64,000 bases of DNA, from NCBI GenBank assembly GCA_947259645.1, contig CAMYND010000012.1, positions 20,793-84,792 of the forward strand, given 5' to 3'. Shown here piece after piece: positions 38,676 to 48,701 of this stretch; the first letter of the stretch is position 1, and every line of letters starts with the position of its first letter. This DNA comes from Thermodesulfovibrionia bacterium (GTDB lineage Bacteria; Nitrospirota; Thermodesulfovibrionia; UBA6902). A model generated the notes under the pieces. That model saw only the letters and a list, made by a program, of their open reading frames with translations. It was not told the origin of the DNA and searched no databases. A program made the translations under genes and the position numbers.

Positions 38676-39173
38676 ATAAGCAAACAGTTAAGAATAAATC
38701 GATGGATCAGAGCCAAGGAGGTTCGCGTTATTGCTGACGATGGAGAGCAGCTGGGAGTCATGAATATACATGTCGCGAGAAAGACCGCTGTTGACAGAGA
38801 TCTTGATCTTGTTGAGGTGGCACCTGAAGCAAAACCTCCTGTATGCAAAATAATGGACTATGGCAAATATCGTTATCAACAGGCCAAAAAGCATACGACA
38901 AAGCAACGAAATCTCACATTGAAGGAAATTAAAGTCAGACCGCAGACAGATGAGCATGACCTTAATTTTAAGATGAAAAACGCCAAAAAATTTCTGGACC
39001 ACGGTCACAAGGTTAAAGTGACAGTTTTTTTTAGGGGTAGAGAGATAGTACATAAATTTAACGGACAAAAAATCCTGGACACCATAACAGCAGAACTGGC
39101 TGAGGCCTCAAATGTTGAAACAAGGCCGAAGATGGAAGGAAACAGGATGATAATGATACTTTCACCAAAATAA
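38676..39173 (+). CDS. infC: Translation initiation factor IF-3, probable non-canonical AUA start
   Basis: The frame continues upstream of the first ATG with conserved IF3 N-terminal sequence (ISKQLRINRWIRAKEVRVIADDGEQLGVM..., compare IF3 INEEIRAREVRLID.DGEQLGV). AGGAGG RBS 5 nt upstream of ATA 38676. E. coli infC uses AUU for autoregulation. Confidence 0.75.
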   Translation: MSKQLRINRWIRAKEVRVIADDGEQLGVMNIHVARKTAVDRDLDLVEVAPEAKPPVCKIMDYGKYRYQQAKKHTTKQRNLTLKEIKVRPQTDEHDLNFKMKNAKKFLDHGHKVKVTVFFRGREIVHKFNGQKILDTITAELAEASNVETRPKMEGNRMIMILSPK

Positions 39174-39208
39174 AATGATGAGATAACAATCAGGAGGTTA
39201 CCACTCAA

Positions 39209-39403
39209 ATGCCGAAAATAAAAACACACCGAGGCGCGGCAAAGAGGTTTAAGAAAACCGCGACAGGAAAGTACAAGAGATACAAGGCGTACATGAGTCA
39301 TATGATGAACCACAAATCCTCAAAGAGGACAAAACTGCTGAGAAAGGCAGGTCTCGTACACAAAACAAATATTGACGCCGTAAGAAAGATGCTGCCTAAT
39401 TAA
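39209..39403 (+). CDS. rpmI: 50S ribosomal protein L35
   Basis: [24 protein letters not shown]... is the canonical L35 sequence, 64 aa. Confidence 0.9.
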   Translation: MPKIKTHRGAAKRFKKTATGKYKRYKAYMSHMMNHKSSKRTKLLRKAGLVHKTNIDAVRKMLPN

Positions 39404-39582
39404 TTGCTGATAACAATCAAATACTGATGTCAGCGCTGCAGTATGCTTCTCAATTGAACTATTCAAAAATAATAATAAATACTGTATAATGAGCACTACT
39501 CTTTTTGCTGACCGGATTTCAGAGAGGGCGTTCTTTAAAGAGAATGATTCAAGGGTAAGTGATTTCAGGAGGATGAAACAGA

Positions 39583-39942
39583 ATGCCAAGAGCACGAGGT
39601 GGTTTTAAAACCAGAAGAAGAAGAAAAAAAGTTCTCAAGATGGCACGCGGCTTTTACAGTGCCAGAGGTCGTCTTTATAAAGTAGCAGCCGAGGCAGTTG
39701 ATAAGGCGTTGCTCCATTCTTACCGGGACAGGCGGAATAAAAAGCGTGAGTTCAGGTCCCTCTGGATAATCAGGATCAATGCTGCGGTAAGGGCGCTGGG
39801 TATGACATACAGTCAGTTTATGAATAAACTGAAGGTCATGAACATTCAGCTGAACAGAAAAGCCCTGGCTGACCTTGCGTATAGTGATCCCAAGGCCTTT
39901 GCCAACCTTTTAGAAACGGTAAAAAAAGGGAATGCTGGATGA
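39583..39942 (+). CDS. rplT: 50S ribosomal protein L20
   Basis: [39 protein letters not shown]... is canonical L20, 119 aa. Confidence 0.9.
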   Translation: MPRARGGFKTRRRRKKVLKMARGFYSARGRLYKVAAEAVDKALLHSYRDRRNKKREFRSLWIIRINAAVRALGMTYSQFMNKLKVMNIQLNRKALADLAYSDPKAFANLLETVKKGNAG

Positions 39943-40948
39943 TATTCAGTCCTTAAGGGATTCTGCCAGGGAAGACATAGAGAGCGCTTCAGGACTGAAA
40001 GACATTCATGATCTCAGGGTTAAGTATCTCGGAAAGAAAGGGATTCTCACCAGCTATTTAAAATCCCTGGGCTCTATCGCAAAAGAAGAACGGCGCGAAT
40101 ACGGACAGACGCTCAATGAAACGAAAGGCCTTATAGAGTCACTCCTTAATGGCAGAGAAGAAGATCTCAAGTCATCAGAATTAGAAAAAAATCTCGCATC
40201 AGAGAGCATTGATGTAACAATCACCGGCCGTAAAATCCCTTTCGGACACCTCCATCCTGTGACTCAGGTTCTTGATGAAATAATAAGTATCTTCATTTCT
40301 CTGGGTTTTACGGTCGAAGACGGTCCTGAGATAGAGCATGATTTTTACAACTTTGAGGCATTGAACTTTCCAAAGGACCATCCTGCCAGAGACATGCAGG
40401 ACACCTTTTTTATAAATGATGATGTTGTGCTGAGGACGCACACCTCTTCTGTTCAGGTCCGGGTCATGGAGAACAACAGTCCGCCCCTTCGGGTAATTGT
40501 TCCCGGCAAAGTCTACCGCTGCGACTCTGATGTCAGTCACATTCCGATGTTTCATCAACTGGAAGGTTTTTTGATTGATAAAAATATTCGTATGAGCGAC
40601 CTGAAGGGCACGCTCGAACTCTTTATTCACCGAGTATTCGGGCCTGAGACATCAATCAGGTTGAGGCCAAGCTTTTTCCCTTTTACAGAGCCGAGCGCTG
40701 AAATTGATATTTCCTGTGTCATCTGCAACGGCTCAGGCTGCAATGTGTGCAGCAGCACAGGGTGGATCGAGATTCTTGGTGCAGGCATGATTAATCCTCA
40801 TGTTTATGAAAACGCGGGATATGAGCCTGACATGTATACAGGCTTTGCCTTTGGCCTTGGAATAGAGCGCGTTGCAATGTTGAAATACGGAATTAATGAT
40901 ATCAGGCTATTCCCGGAAAACGATAAAAGGTTTCTTGATCAATTTTAA
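39932..40948 (+). CDS. pheS: Phenylalanine-tRNA ligase alpha subunit
   Basis: 338 aa. Class II motifs ([12 protein letters not shown]..., [29 protein letters not shown]). Confidence 0.9.
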   Translation: MLDDIQSLRDSAREDIESASGLKDIHDLRVKYLGKKGILTSYLKSLGSIAKEERREYGQTLNETKGLIESLLNGREEDLKSSELEKNLASESIDVTITGRKIPFGHLHPVTQVLDEIISIFISLGFTVEDGPEIEHDFYNFEALNFPKDHPARDMQDTFFINDDVVLRTHTSSVQVRVMENNSPPLRVIVPGKVYRCDSDVSHIPMFHQLEGFLIDKNIRMSDLKGTLELFIHRVFGPETSIRLRPSFFPFTEPSAEIDISCVICNGSGCNVCSSTGWIEILGAGMINPHVYENAGYEPDMYTGFAFGLGIERVAMLKYGINDIRLFPENDKRFLDQF

Positions 40949-40958
40949 TATAGCAGTC

Positions 40959-41037
40959 AGCTTTCAGCGGTCAGCACTCAGCTTAGAATAAAGCCTGAGT
41001 ATCAGTAGCTGAAGCCTGAACGCTGAAAGCTGTCCAC
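40959..41037. repeat. Long imperfect stem-loop in the pheS-pheT spacer built from GCTGAAAGCTG(AC) repeat units (12-bp perfect inverted repeat cagctttcagcg / cgctgaaagctg)
   Basis: The same GCTGAAAGCTGAC unit occurs in the tRNA-Val/thrS spacer at 36888-36912 (cgctgacggctgaaagctgacagc). Confidence 0.3.
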
Positions 41038-41047
41038 TAATAAAACT

Positions 41048-43102
41048 ATGAAAGCTTCGTACAACTGGTTAAAGGATTTTGTAGATTTTCAATTGTCTTC
41101 GCAAGACCTTGCCCATACTCTGACTATGGCGGGTTTTGAGGTCGAGGCGATCGAACCTGTTGAAGATGACACTGTCTTCGATATCGGAATAACGCCGAAC
41201 AGACCTGACTGTCTCAGCATGCGGGGGATTGCACGGGAAATCTCTACAATTCTTGAGATACCTTTTAAAACCATTCCCTCCCAAGAGATTGAGGAAGAAG
41301 GGCAGGGGCCCCCTGTTGAAATACTGAATAAGGACCTTTGTCCACGGTACTCCTCACGGGTTATTACAGGAATAAAACCAGGGGCATCTCCTGAATGGCT
41401 GTCGAAACGACTCGAGTCCTGTGGTATACGGTCAATGTCCAATATCGTTGATGTAACGAACTATGTAATGCTGGAGATGGGACAGCCAATGCATGCCTTT
41501 GATCTTGACAAGATTGATCAGGGGAAGATCATCGTAAAAGAGGCAGGGAGCACCATAACATTTGTTACTCTTGATAATGAAGAGAGAAAAATTTCAAAGG
41601 ATATGCTCCTGATATGGGATGGGAAGAAGCCTGTCGCAATTGCCGGTGTTATGGGTGGACTGAACTCTGAAGTACATGAAGGAACAACGAATATACTCCT
41701 TGAAAGCGCTTACTTTAACCCCTCTTCAGTACGAAAGACATCAAGAGCTCTTAATATTTCGACTGAAGCATCATACCGGTTTGAACGGGGAGTGGACAGG
41801 GAAGCCGCGGATGAGGCGATGAACAGGGCGGCACAGATGATTCTTGATCTGGCAGGAGGAAGAGCAACCGCAATGACAGATGCTTATCCGGAGCCCCACA
41901 AACCACGATCAATCCAGGTTTCAGTCAATTCTATAAGCTCACTTATCGGCATAGATCTTGATGAAGACACTGTGGGAAAAACCTTGAATAGTCTGGGATG
42001 CGGCACAGTCAATACTGATGGTGTTCTTACTGTTGTCCCGCCAAGCTACCGTGAAGACCTGATAATGTCTGTTGATATTGCGGAAGAAATAGCCCGGCTC
42101 TATGGATATGATAAAATCCCTTCAACATTCCCTGTAATGCAGATGAGCGCGGCTCCAGAGAACAAAAAGCAGAAGGTAATAAGCCGGCTCAAGGAGTCTC
42201 TTGTACATTCCGGGTTTTCTGAAGCAATAAACTATAGTTTTATGAACACTGATGCATTGGACAATTTAAATATAGGCGCAGGAGACAGAAGGAGGGACGT
42301 TGTACATGTCAAGAACCCCCTGAGAATAGAAGACGCAGCGATGAGGACAACACTGGTGCCAGCGTTGCTTAATAATATTCAAACAAATCACCGCCGCGGC
42401 GAGAAAGCGATCCGTCTATTCGAGATATCCAAAGTGTTTTTACCGTCAAAAGAGAAACTTCCTGAGGAAATACTACAGTTAGGAGCTGTATTGAGCAAGG
42501 AGCAGACAGCACGTTTCTGGGCTGAGCAGCATGAAGGGTTTTACGATCTCAAAGGAGCATTTGAAAATGTCCTTTCCGGATTAAAAATCAAGAATATTTC
42601 TTTTTCACACAGTGGGAAAGATACTGAACCCTATCTTCATCCCGGTAAGTCATGCGCTATATATATAAACGGAAATAAATCAGGAAGCCTGGGATCATTG
42701 CATCCCGCTGTTGCCGAAGCCTTTGATATCCGGGGCGACATTTCTCTCGGTACAATTGATAACATTCGCGAAATCATCGAATCCAGTGCTGAAAAAGAAT
42801 ATTTTAACCCACTGCCGAAATATCCCTGCTCAGAGAGAGATATGGCAATAGTTGTGGATGACACTATTACGGTGGCTTCTGTTGAAGATGAGATTTTCAA
42901 CACTGAGACAACACTGATAGAATCAGTAAATTTGTTTGACATTTACAAAGGTAAACCGATTCCTCAGGGTAAAAAGAGCCTTGCCTATTCCATTCGATAC
43001 AGGTCTTCAGAGCGAACCCTGAAAGATGGAGAAGTTGATGAGTTGCATGCGCATGTTCTTGGCCGCCTTCAGAAAAGCCTCAATGCCGAGTTGCGGAGCT
43101 GA
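41048..43102 (+). CDS. pheT: Phenylalanine-tRNA ligase beta subunit
   Basis: 684 aa. N-terminus MKASYNWLKDFVDF...LTMAGFEVE (compare E. coli MKFSELWLREWVNP...ITMAGLEVD), B3/4 and B5 regions, C-terminal FDIYKGKPIPQGKKSLAYSIRY ferredoxin-fold anticodon-binding domain. Confidence 0.9.
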   Translation: MKASYNWLKDFVDFQLSSQDLAHTLTMAGFEVEAIEPVEDDTVFDIGITPNRPDCLSMRGIAREISTILEIPFKTIPSQEIEEEGQGPPVEILNKDLCPRYSSRVITGIKPGASPEWLSKRLESCGIRSMSNIVDVTNYVMLEMGQPMHAFDLDKIDQGKIIVKEAGSTITFVTLDNEERKISKDMLLIWDGKKPVAIAGVMGGLNSEVHEGTTNILLESAYFNPSSVRKTSRALNISTEASYRFERGVDREAADEAMNRAAQMILDLAGGRATAMTDAYPEPHKPRSIQVSVNSISSLIGIDLDEDTVGKTLNSLGCGTVNTDGVLTVVPPSYREDLIMSVDIAEEIARLYGYDKIPSTFPVMQMSAAPENKKQKVISRLKESLVHSGFSEAINYSFMNTDALDNLNIGAGDRRRDVVHVKNPLRIEDAAMRTTLVPALLNNIQTNHRRGEKAIRLFEISKVFLPSKEKLPEEILQLGAVLSKEQTARFWAEQHEGFYDLKGAFENVLSGLKIKNISFSHSGKDTEPYLHPGKSCAIYINGNKSGSLGSLHPAVAEAFDIRGDISLGTIDNIREIIESSAEKEYFNPLPKYPCSERDMAIVVDDTITVASVEDEIFNTETTLIESVNLFDIYKGKPIPQGKKSLAYSIRYRSSERTLKDGEVDELHAHVLGRLQKSLNAELRS

Positions 43103-43409
43103 GCTACCAGCCGGAGAACGCAGTTCAATCTTATTGATAAAACCATTGTCTAAAGATATTCAGTATGTTGACGATAATATATATATGGTCAACATGGAAT
43201 ATAAAATTATTATTCTTGAAAAGCTCGGCAATGGCTCACTCTACACTCACACATTTCCCCTTGAGCCTGATGCCCTGGAAGAAGGCTTAAAATTCAGAGC
43301 ACTTCATTTCCACTCGGACTGTGTTTTTGTCCTTGAGTACTGCACAAACTAATCGTCATTCACCTTAATCAGACTTGTCTAATAAGAGAGAGATCATGTA
43401 TCTTTTTCT

Positions 43410-44636
43410 ATGGACATCAAGAGTGTAATTCTTTCGGACCCGATAAATAATTGGTTTTTCTCTCGATACCGGGACAGGGTCTATCTTGTAGGAGGTTATC
43501 TCCGGGACCTTCTGAGAAGCCGAATTTCTAAGGATAGAGATTTTGTATTCAAGGGTGATGTAGAAAGGCTTTCCCTCGAGGTTTCTGTTAAATTTGGAGG
43601 AACCCTTGTTGTTCTGAAGAAAAAAAAGGTCTGTCGCATTGTTTTCCCTGATAAAAGCGTCATAGATATCTCACTCCTTGAGACATCCATTGAAGAGGAC
43701 CTCCAGGCAAGAGATTACACAATTAACTCTCTGGCGTGGTCCCCGGAAAAAGGTCTTTTGGATCTCTATGGCGGAATAGCCGACCTCGGGAACAGAAAGA
43801 TCCGCGTAATAAGCAGACAGAATATAGCTGATGATCCGCTCAGGATTCTCCGGGCGTACAGATTTGCAGCCACCTTGCATTTCACTATTGATCGAGATAC
43901 ACGATCCTGCCTGAAGCATTACGCGTCAGATATTAAGGGGGTTTCATCAGAGAGGGTCACGTATGAGATAATTCTCTTGCTAAATAGCTATTTAACGCAT
44001 AAATACATGATGTTAGCTTTTAATGATAATGTATTACATGAACTATTCGATATATCAAATCGTAGTTTATTAATAAATCTTAAACTATTAAAAAAGTTCG
44101 ATATTTTCTGGAACCGCATTCATTTGCTGAGGGATAAAAGAAGGTTGAACAGTAACGTATCAGATATTTTGAATAAGGATGTGGGTCAGGAGTTAAAATC
44201 AGTCGGTCTTGTCAGGTTTGCCATTCTTTTCCTTGGAGCTGAACATGCAGCAGGCATGAAGAGGTTTCGGCTCAGCAATAGGGTGCAGAATGCGGTACAT
44301 CGAATGTCTGTAGCATATTCACTCGCTTCAGGCCGAATCACGAGGAATCGGTTATATGAGATACTAAGGACAGCAAAGGGTTGTGAATATGAAGCCGCAC
44401 TGTTGATATCGGTAATAAAAGAAAAGGCTGTTGATAAATACCTGTTGCGTACATCTGAATATCTGAAGATCTCAGAGAAATCAATTTTAAGCGGGCACGA
44501 GATCAAAGGAATGTTAAAAAGCGTTTCAGGACAGCAAATAGGGGATATTCAGGAAGAATTGAGGAGACGGCAATTTGCAGGGACGATAAAAGGAAAGACT
44601 GAGGCAAAGGAATTCATAAGAGCTAATTTAACATAA
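43410..44636 (+). CDS. cca: CCA tRNA nucleotidyltransferase / poly(A) polymerase family protein
   Basis: Pol-beta-like head domain: YLVGGYLRDLLRSRISKDRDFVF...(GGxVRD...DxD), then RILRAYRFAATL body-domain motif. 408 aa. Confidence 0.8.
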   Translation: MDIKSVILSDPINNWFFSRYRDRVYLVGGYLRDLLRSRISKDRDFVFKGDVERLSLEVSVKFGGTLVVLKKKKVCRIVFPDKSVIDISLLETSIEEDLQARDYTINSLAWSPEKGLLDLYGGIADLGNRKIRVISRQNIADDPLRILRAYRFAATLHFTIDRDTRSCLKHYASDIKGVSSERVTYEIILLLNSYLTHKYMMLAFNDNVLHELFDISNRSLLINLKLLKKFDIFWNRIHLLRDKRRLNSNVSDILNKDVGQELKSVGLVRFAILFLGAEHAAGMKRFRLSNRVQNAVHRMSVAYSLASGRITRNRLYEILRTAKGCEYEAALLISVIKEKAVDKYLLRTSEYLKISEKSILSGHEIKGMLKSVSGQQIGDIQEELRRRQFAGTIKGKTEAKEFIRANLT

Positions 44637-44805
44637 TATATCTTATCGGACACTGGGGCTGTCAAAGTTTTGTTTAAAAGATGTTGAAACTCTCCTCCTC
44701 CTCTCCAGTAAGGCGCACCTGATATAACTATTCCATGGATTGCACAATTATTAGGCAGATAAAATACACTTAAAAATCAATGGCTTGATTAATTAATCAT
44801 ATAAA

Positions 44806-46086
44806 TCAAAGGGGTTCAGCAACCAGGCCTTTATCTGTCAAAGAGATGACCCTTACTGGTATGCACTGGCCCGGCTCAAGGCTCTCGGAATTAACTAATA
44901 TTTTCAAGTAGTTATCAGATAATGCATTATAGTACCGCGACTTAGAAGACTTACCCTCAATGATAACATTAAGTATAGTCTTAATATATCTTGTATTATA
45001 TTCATATTTAAGCTTTCTACTTAAATTGAGCAGCTTCTTCACCCTGATCTTCTTTGTAGCTTTGCTCACATGCTCATTCAGGCCGGTGGCCCTGGTGTTT
45101 GGTCGTGCTGAATAGGGAAAGGCGTGGAGGTAGCTCAGGGGTAAACTTTTAATAAATCTGACGGTACTGTCAAAGTCATTATCAGTTTCTCCGGGAAATC
45201 CAACAATGATGTCAGTACCGAGTGAGATCTCTGGATAATCTGTTACTATGCTGTGAATAACCTGTTTGTAATATTCAGAGGAATAGCCCCTGTTCATTTT
45301 CTTTAGTATGTTATCGCATCCACTCTGGAGGGGAATATGGAGATGGCGGCACACCCTGCCCTTTTTCATGTACTCAAGGAACTCTGGTTTGAATTCTCGC
45401 GGCTCTATTGAGCTCAGCCGAATACGTACATCAGTACATGAATCAATAATCGACTTCACTATTTCCAGCAGAGAGCTTTCAGGCTTCAGGTCAGTGCCAT
45501 AGGCGCCGATATGGATACCGGTCAATACTATTTCTTTATACCCGCTCGAGACCAGGTTGTTCACAGAACGCAGAACACTCGCGGTGTCCAGGCTCCGGCT
45601 TTTCCCCCGGGCCATGGGTACTGTGCAGTATGAGCAGGAAAAATTGCACCCATCCTGAATCTTTAAAAAGGCACGAGACCTGCTGGATGCATAGGGCTTA
45701 TACGAGAGCGGATCTGATGGCTCATGAACCTCAATGGAGGATGCCCTTTCTTGAGTTGATATGTTTTGCACATGGGAAAGTATTGTATGTTTGCCGGAAT
45801 TTCCTATAATTGAGTTAAGCCCTTCTATTTTCCGCAGGTCTTCCGACCGAAGCTGCGCGTAGCAGCCCGTTGCCACCACTTTAGCCCCGGACCGTATTGC
45901 TTTTCTTATGAGTTGTCGTGACTGATAGTCACTTTTAGCGGTTACTGTGCAGGTGTTGACTATGCAGATGTCAGGATTATCATCGTGCCTGACTATTTCA
46001 TAATCATTATCTCTCAAGATGCCTTCCATGGAAGAACTCTCTGACTGATTCACTTTACAGCCCAAGGTCTGAATCGCTATTTTCAT
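44806..46086 (-). CDS. mtaB: tRNA methylthiotransferase, MtaB-like (radical SAM MTTase with TRAM domain)
   Basis: MKIAIQTLGCKVNQSESSSMEGIL is an MTTase N-domain with its Cys triad. Radical SAM motif CNFSCSYC. C-terminal TRAM. Start set to the Met of MKIAIQTLGC (ORF-track start 46149), leaving a 10-nt gap to miaB. Confidence 0.75.
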   Translation of the reverse strand: MKIAIQTLGCKVNQSESSSMEGILRDNDYEIVRHDDNPDICIVNTCTVTAKSDYQSRQLIRKAIRSGAKVVATGCYAQLRSEDLRKIEGLNSIIGNSGKHTILSHVQNISTQERASSIEVHEPSDPLSYKPYASSRSRAFLKIQDGCNFSCSYCTVPMARGKSRSLDTASVLRSVNNLVSSGYKEIVLTGIHIGAYGTDLKPESSLLEIVKSIIDSCTDVRIRLSSIEPREFKPEFLEYMKKGRVCRHLHIPLQSGCDNILKKMNRGYSSEYYKQVIHSIVTDYPEISLGTDIIVGFPGETDNDFDSTVRFIKSLPLSYLHAFPYSARPNTRATGLNEHVSKATKKIRVKKLLNLSRKLKYEYNTRYIKTILNVIIEGKSSKSRYYNALSDNYLKILVNSESLEPGQCIPVRVISLTDKGLVAEPL

Positions 46087-46096
46087 CTGACTGAAT

Positions 46097-47401
46097 TCAA
46101 ATCCTCTCTCCCAGCAGTGAATGCATTTTTGCCTCTGTAATCTGAACACTCACAATCTTTCCGATATCTGCGTTCTGCCCAGTGAAGTTGACTATCTTGT
46201 TCGTTTCCGTGCGTCCTGTGAGTCGTTCAGGGTCAGATGCACTAACACCCTCAACAAGAATCTCAAACTCCCTGCCTATAAGAGCCCTGTTTTTCTTTAG
46301 TGTGATGGAATCCTGAAGCTGTATAATTTGAGACAGCCTCTCTGACTTATCCGCTTCATCAACGTGGTCAGGCAATGTGAGGGCTTTCGTGTCAGGCCTT
46401 CTGGAGTATTTAAAGGCATAGATACCATCATATTCGAGTTCTGTAAGGGCATGCACCGTCCGCTCATAATCCTCATCTGATTCACCAGGGAATCCTACAA
46501 TAATATCGCTAGTTACTGATATATTATTAATGTAACTTCTTATGATTTGTATTTTTTCTCTATATTCACAATACGAATAACCCCGGTTCATTAACCGGAG
46601 AATTCTGTCTGATCCTGACTGAATGGGCAGGTGTAAATGGTTGCAGACCTTTGGCAGGTCGACCATGGCCTGAATCAGCTTTTCAGAAAAATCTCTTGGA
46701 TGGGATGTAACGAACCGTATCCGTTGCATTCCGTCAATCTCATGAATTCTTTTCAATAGATCGGGGAAGTCTTTTTCACCCGGCAGTCCTTTACCGAAGG
46801 AATTAACATTTTGTCCCAGCAGCGTGACCTCTTTAAACCCCTGGTCCGCAAGAACCTGTATTTCAGCATATATATCCTCAACAGGCCTGCTGCGTTCCCT
46901 CCCTCTCGTGTAGGGGACAACACAGTAGGCACAGAAATTATCACAGCCGTACATAATAGAAACCCAGGCCTTCACCTGCCCTTCCCTCTTGAACGGTAAT
47001 TCTGTCCTGTGGTAATCAGGGTTCTCAAGGAGGGCGCTTTTTGAGGAGTTGCCATTCTTCACCCAGTTCTGGAAATTATTGATATTATCAGGTCCGAATA
47101 AGAAGTCTACATAGGGGAACCTCTTTAAAAGCTTCTCACCCCTTTGCTGGGCAATGCATCCCGCGACCGCGATTTTCAGCCCGGGGTTCTGTTTTTTGAA
47201 TTTTTTTAATCGACCGAGCTCGCTTGTAAATTTCTGTTCAGCCTTCTCGCGTATGCTGCAGGTATTTAAAACAACGATATCAGCATCTCCAGCACCTTTA
47301 ACATCTTCATATCCCGATTCCGAGAAAATACCGGCAATCTTCTCAGAGTCATGGACATTCATCTGGCATCCAAAAGTGTGAATATGGTATTTTTTACTCA
47401 T
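46097..47401 (-). CDS. miaB: tRNA-2-methylthio-N6-dimethylallyladenosine synthase
   Basis: MSKKYHIHTFGCQMNVHDSEKIAGIF, radical SAM CDNFCAYCVVP, C-terminal TRAM; 434 aa. Confidence 0.85.
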   Translation of the reverse strand: MSKKYHIHTFGCQMNVHDSEKIAGIFSESGYEDVKGAGDADIVVLNTCSIREKAEQKFTSELGRLKKFKKQNPGLKIAVAGCIAQQRGEKLLKRFPYVDFLFGPDNINNFQNWVKNGNSSKSALLENPDYHRTELPFKREGQVKAWVSIMYGCDNFCAYCVVPYTRGRERSRPVEDIYAEIQVLADQGFKEVTLLGQNVNSFGKGLPGEKDFPDLLKRIHEIDGMQRIRFVTSHPRDFSEKLIQAMVDLPKVCNHLHLPIQSGSDRILRLMNRGYSYCEYREKIQIIRSYINNISVTSDIIVGFPGESDEDYERTVHALTELEYDGIYAFKYSRRPDTKALTLPDHVDEADKSERLSQIIQLQDSITLKKNRALIGREFEILVEGVSASDPERLTGRTETNKIVNFTGQNADIGKIVSVQITEAKMHSLLGERI

Positions 47402-47634
47402 AAAACAATATCTTATGCGTCATGTGTTTTTAATTAAATTAAAATGTTATTAATCTATCGCGATACATATTTTACACTATTTGCAATGTGATTATAAAAA
47501 TGACGATATCATCTGTAAATTAATTTATAAACTTGGAAGGTCTTTACATGCTTTGATTTTGATATCTTCAGTCCAAAAAACTATTCGATTACTCACAACA
47601 TTTAATTCTCAATAATCTGTGATGAATTGCATAA

Positions 47635-47826
47635 AAAAGAAGCGGTGAAATTCTTTGTGGTGCACATCTCGCCGAACGGCTTTCAAATAAAGAGATCGGC
47701 GAGCAACTCTTCATTGCAACGCCGACTGTCAAGCGTCACACGCAAACCATCTATGAGAAGCTCAACGTGAAGGGACGCCGTGATGCCGTTACGAAGGCCA
47801 TCGGGCTGGGCCTGATCTCTGACTAG
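47635..47826 (+). pseudogene. Remnant of a LuxR/GerE-family regulator (C-terminal HTH only, no start codon)
   Basis: The frame opens just after a TAA and encodes ...ERLSNKEIGEQLFIATPTVKRHTQTIYEKLNVKGRRDAVTKAIGLGLISD*, the LuxR-type HTH signature. Local GC is visibly higher than the flanks. Confidence 0.6.
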
Positions 47827-48102
47827 GCCAACTGCAAGTTCCAGGAGTTGCAAGTTAGTGACTGACTCATCAGCAAAAGTAGGAAGCACCCAGGATCAGC
47901 GTGTCCGAATCGACACCCGCGTCTGAACGATTGTGGCTTCCGATGTAAGCGAACTTCAGACCGAACCGGCCGTCAGTGAATAGCCCAGGCCAATGCCAAG
48001 GGGACATTCAGGAACTGCATGATCTTACCGAGTTCTTCAAGAAAGTTAAAGATACGGTATGCACGATTGTGATTACGTCGGAAGGATTATCTCAGAAATT
48101 GC

Positions 48103-48465
48103 CTATACCGGGAGTTCTCTGATTCGGAATCTATCATCCTCTATCATTACGATTGCTCCCTTAAGAAGCACTTCTTCAACCTGAGGAAGAATACTGTCAA
48201 GTAGAGGATTAATTCTTTCATGACTTTCATCGGATAAACGGAAAACGATCGCTGATGGTGATGATTTCTGTGATTTTGCAATTATTGCCGGAAAATCAAG
48301 ATCCATAGTGAGAATAATTCTTTGTTCATCAATTGCAATATCAACTATCTCACTATCTTTTGCTTTCGGTATCCCTTTTTCACTTATGCGATAAATATCA
48401 TGACCGGAAGAACGAAGATGATTTACGGTTTTGGGAGAGATAGGCATATCTGCCAGGAACTTCAT
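48103..48465 (-). CDS. DUF5615-family PIN-like protein (putative toxin of a DUF433/DUF5615 pair)
   Basis: 120 aa. MKFLADMPISPKTVNHLRSSGHDIYRISE... resembles Mut7-C/DUF5615 PIN-like proteins. 4-nt overlap with the upstream DUF433 gene. Confidence 0.65.
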   Translation of the reverse strand: MKFLADMPISPKTVNHLRSSGHDIYRISEKGIPKAKDSEIVDIAIDEQRIILTMDLDFPAIIAKSQKSSPSAIVFRLSDESHERINPLLDSILPQVEEVLLKGAIVMIEDDRFRIRELPV

Positions 48466-48701
48466 TTATGGATTTCCGATATGGCTACGTTCTTGTCGCT
48501 TGCCAGCCATGCAGCATACTCAATGCACTGTTTTATATCTTCTTCCTCAATTTCAGGGTAATCATCAATTATTTCTGGATGAGACTTGCCAGCAGCAAGA
48601 AGCTTAAGAACGAGAGTTACAGGTATTCTCATTCCCCTTATGCAGGGCTGACCTTGAAATACTTCAGGGTCAATAGTAATCCGGTCCATTGTCTTAAACA
48701 T
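48462..48701 (-). CDS. DUF433 domain protein (putative antitoxin partner)
   Basis: 79 aa. RITIDPEVFQGQPCIRGMRIPVTLVLKLLAAGKSHPEIIDDYPEIEEEDIKQCIEYAAW matches the DUF433 consensus (DP.V.GGKP.IRGTRI.V..IL..LAAG.S.EEIL.DYP.L..EDI.A.L.YA). Confidence 0.7.
   Translation of the reverse strand: MFKTMDRITIDPEVFQGQPCIRGMRIPVTLVLKLLAAGKSHPEIIDDYPEIEEEDIKQCIEYAAWLASDKNVAISEIHK

Noticed and set aside
43103-43352. Possible small protein after pheT (MVNMEYKIIILEKLGNGSLYTHTFPLEPDALEEGLKFRALHFHSDCVFVLEYCTN, starting at about 43184)
   Set aside because: The ORF-track entry 43026..43352 mostly overlaps the pheT 3' end. The remaining roughly 56 codons have no RBS or recognisable family. Kept out of the feature list as too speculative.
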